A DNA stretch of 64,000 nt, from assembly GCF_006345805.1 (NCBI RefSeq), contig NC_043014.1:16678001-16742000 (forward strand), in the 5' to 3' direction. The DNA comes from Octopus sinensis (lineage: Eukaryota). This document shows positions 60,663 through 64,000 of the stretch, one piece after another. How positions within the stretch are numbered: position 1 is the stretch's first letter; each line of letters starts with the position of its first letter. Below the pieces are notes generated by a model. The model did no database searches. It was given only the letters and a program-made list of their open reading frames with translations, and had not been told where the DNA came from. Made by a program: the position numbers and the translations under genes.

Positions 60663-62711
60663 CTTAAAAATTAGTAAATAAGATATGTGGAGCATTCAGA
60701 GATGTACAGTTTTTTATATTTTGTATAAAAGAGTGAACAAAATGCCTGGGATTATTTTTCTTGTAGAAGCAACAATGGTGCTGTTAAGTAGCCACAATCA
60801 GTTCTATATATAAATCTATATTACTGTTCAATCCTTTGAAGCAGCCCACAGTTCTTGACTTCCAGATACATAAATATCAGGTGTCCAAGATCAGTAGAGT
60901 TAGTTACATTCATTGCATGATTCTTATTTAAGCTACATGTGTATCATCTTAATATTTCATATTTATGTGTATACAGACACAGCTGAGTGGTTAAGAAACT
61001 TGTTTCACAATCATGAGGTCCTAGACTCAATCCCACTGCTTGGTATCTTGGGCAAGTATCTTTACCATGACCTCAGATAATGAAATTGGGAAGCCAGAAA
61101 CTGCATGTAAGCTCATGAGATAGATTGCATCTGCAGTTTAAAAGTCCAGCCTTGTCATATCACACTGACTTAGTTTGGGAATTGTCATATGTCTGTGGTA
61201 TACTCATTCACTTATGTGTTGATTTAACAAATTCAACATTCAATTAAGCAAACAACTGAATGCTCATCCTCAAAACCAATGGAGGAAATAATCTATCATC
61301 TTTATGATAGACTTGTTCTTACAGTCATTACTTTAAAGATAGTATAGGAGTCTATGTAGAGATTTTTACTGCAACAACATACAGGTTGATTAACTACATA
61401 AACACTTACTCTCACTGGCTGCGGGTCTGAGAAAGCGAGGGTTAGGTATTTTTAAAGTATTTGACCCTTTACAGATCCTCTGACACTAGTGAGGAGAAAG
61501 TTATCCTTAAACCAGAGACCTGGTCAGAAAGCTCGCAACAGAGTGAACTCTTCTAAAAGCATCAAAGGTGCCAAGTGGTGGAGTTAAACTGGCCAATGGC
61601 AGCATTTGAACTCAAATGCAAAGTACTGGAACAAATACTGCAAGACATCCAGTCCAACATTCTTATTGTCCCATCAATCCAGCATCCTGGATTGATAACT
61701 TTGTTTTCTTCTTTTTTTTATCTCCTCTGAAAAGATGAAAGGTAGACCTTGATGTGATTTGAACACAGCATATAGTCAAAACAAATACCACAAGGCATCC
61801 TACTTGATCTAATAACTTCAATTCATTGCCCTAATTAACAGCTTTGTATTTTTACTCTAATTCAGGTAAGGTCTTAGAGCATTTTGCAGAATTGTATGAG
61901 AATTGTATGCATTTGGGGCAAGTCTGTCATCAGTAATCAATTGGCTGTACAGAAATTATAATTGCTGATTCAATTTCTGACAATAAATAATCAAATCAAA
62001 CATCTTTTGTATATATGACTATCATTTCCTCAAACAAACACAAACCCTATTCTTTTACAACACAAACTCCAACAAGTCCACTTGTTGGTTCTGCTACGAT
62101 CACTATCAAAAAAACCTTGAAATATATTAAAACAGGCTGGACAATAAACCAGATATAACATACTCAGACTGATAGCACCAACAGGAAATGGGATGTGTGT
62201 GGCACGGTCCCAGCCTAGATAAAAGCATGACACATGTAATGTACTGGAACAAAGTTTATGTGATTATATTTGTTCTCTTCACTTACTATTTATAAGACAA
62301 CACACTCAACTTGACATTATATTTAGTATAATCCTTATTATCAATAAACTTTTTTGTAACACAATCTCTGAAAAATTTATCTTCACCATCCAAAATAGAT
62401 ACTTACAAAGAAAGTATGCCTTCCTCTTTTTTTATGGATTCAGCTTCTACAAAAGTAAAAAAGCCATAAAATAAATTATTAATCAACTATATATCACAGA
62501 AATATCAGCAAATATGTGTGCACTATAAGTGTATTTTCTGCTATGTTTTCTTAATACACTATTTTGAGAGCACAGACTTATTAGACATAATGTTCACGTG
62601 GAATGTAAACACATCAACATCATATATTGCTCAATTCCATGTAAGAAATAGAAACGACAACTTTCACTCACACACGTGCATGCGTGTGTGTATATATATA
62701 TATATATATAT

Positions 62712-64000
62712 GAATGGGAGGAGGAGAGCCTGCCAAATGTTGACCCAGTAGAGAGACCAGCTATCCGAATAGGCAGCTCCCTAGTAGATAAAGCAATTAA
62801 GGATATGAAACCAGGTAAAGCCCCCGACCCATCAGGAATCACTGCTGAGATGCTTAAAACAGCTGGTTATGCGGGCTATGGCCTAGTCACCCGTATTGTT
62901 AACCAGGTAGTTCATAATGGAGTCATACCCAATGACTGGCGTAGCAGCACCATAGTCAACTGCTACAAGGGTAAGGGTGATGCTCTAGATAGAAATAACT
63001 ACAGGGGTATTAAACTGTTGGATCAGGTGATGAAGACCACAGAGAGGGTCATAACCCATCTCATTAGGGAGAGAATTTGCTTAGATGAGATGCAGTTCGG
63101 TTTTGTGCCGGGTAGAAGCACCACTGATGCTATATTCCTGGTCCGACAACTGCAGGAGAAATACCTAGCTAAAGATAAACCCCTCTACATAGCTTTTGTG
63201 GACTTGGAGAAAGCCTTTGACAGGGTCCCCCGATCCCTTATCTGGTGGTCGATGCAGAAAATGTTGATTGACGAATGGCTAATAAGGGCTGTACAGGCTC
63301 TATACAGAGAGGCTGTCAGCAAGGTTAGGATTGGCAACGAATATAGTGAAGAATTCCGGGTAGAAGTAGGTGTACACCAGGGCTCAGCCCTCAGTCCCCT
63401 TTTATTCATCATAGTCCTCCAGGCAATAACAGAGGAATTCAAAACAGGTTGCCCCTGGGAGCTCCTCTATGCTGATGACCTGGCCCTCATAGCAGAATCA
63501 CTACCAGAACTAAAAAAGAAATTTCGGGTGTGGAAACAAGGGTTAGAATCTAAGGGCCTTAGAGTAAATGTAGCGAAGACCAAAGTTATAGTATGCAGAA
63601 AGGCGAACTCAGCACATACCCCATCGGGCAGGTGGCCCTGCTCGAGCTGTAGGAAAGGTGTAGGTAGAAACTCCATAAGATGCACCCAGTGTAAGCTATG
63701 GACGCGTAAGAGGTGCAGCAACATCAAAGGGAAATTAACTGATAAGATAGCTTTCATGTGCGGCAGATGCACAGGGACAATAGACACCACAGACACTCAA
63801 AAATCAGATTCCATCACACTCCAGGGGGAGAAACTAGAAGTAGTTGATAGTTTCCGCTACCTGGGTGACCAAGTTAGTAGTGGGGGTGGATGCTCAGAGA
63901 GTGTCACCACTAGAATACGAATAGCCTGGGCAAAGTTTAGAAAGCTCCTACCCCTACTGGCGACAAAGGGTCTCTCACTCAGAGTGAAAGGTAGATTGTA
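62712..64000 (+). mobile_element. RTE LINE (copy C): uninterrupted RT reading frame running off the window
   Basis: About 429 codons with no stop by manual translation: GKAPDPSGITAEMLK...NYRGIKLL...QFGFVPGRSTTDAIF...FVDLEKAFDRVP...GVHQGSALSPLLF...LLYADDL...FRYLG. Confidence 0.92.

Overview
AT-rich, repeat-dense eukaryotic genomic DNA. The SINE and RTE families look like those of Octopus (coleoid cephalopod); this is inferred from recalled repeat sequences, not from a database search. Two spliced host genes lie on the minus strand. (1) WDR24 (GATOR2 subunit): 16 phase-compatible coding exons reconstructed by hand between 33570 and 341 (2185 nt, about 728 codons), including one GC-AG intron. 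The start exon is unresolved and the last exon lies left of the window. (2) The 3' end of a KNL1/Spc105-like kinetochore gene, recognised from its tandem RWD domain (exons from about 60660 to 49667); the second RWD domain cannot be spliced canonically as assembled. The rest is mostly transposable elements: RTE LINEs, CR1, three tRNA-SINE types, Helitrons, a Merlin element with an 8-bp TSD, mariner/maT elements, piggyBac- and pogo-type MITEs, Gypsy fragments, a miniature two-LTR element and a solo LTR. The most unusual structure is two independent RTE insertions (19056-22875 and 42167-44495) whose 3' UTRs are hierarchical tandem arrays of a ~335-bp unit (7 and 5 units) sharing one junction, whereas an older RTE copy in the window has a single unit. 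No rRNA, tRNA gene or CRISPR array is supported. All coordinates, translations and alignments were done by eye, and comparisons to human proteins are from memory.
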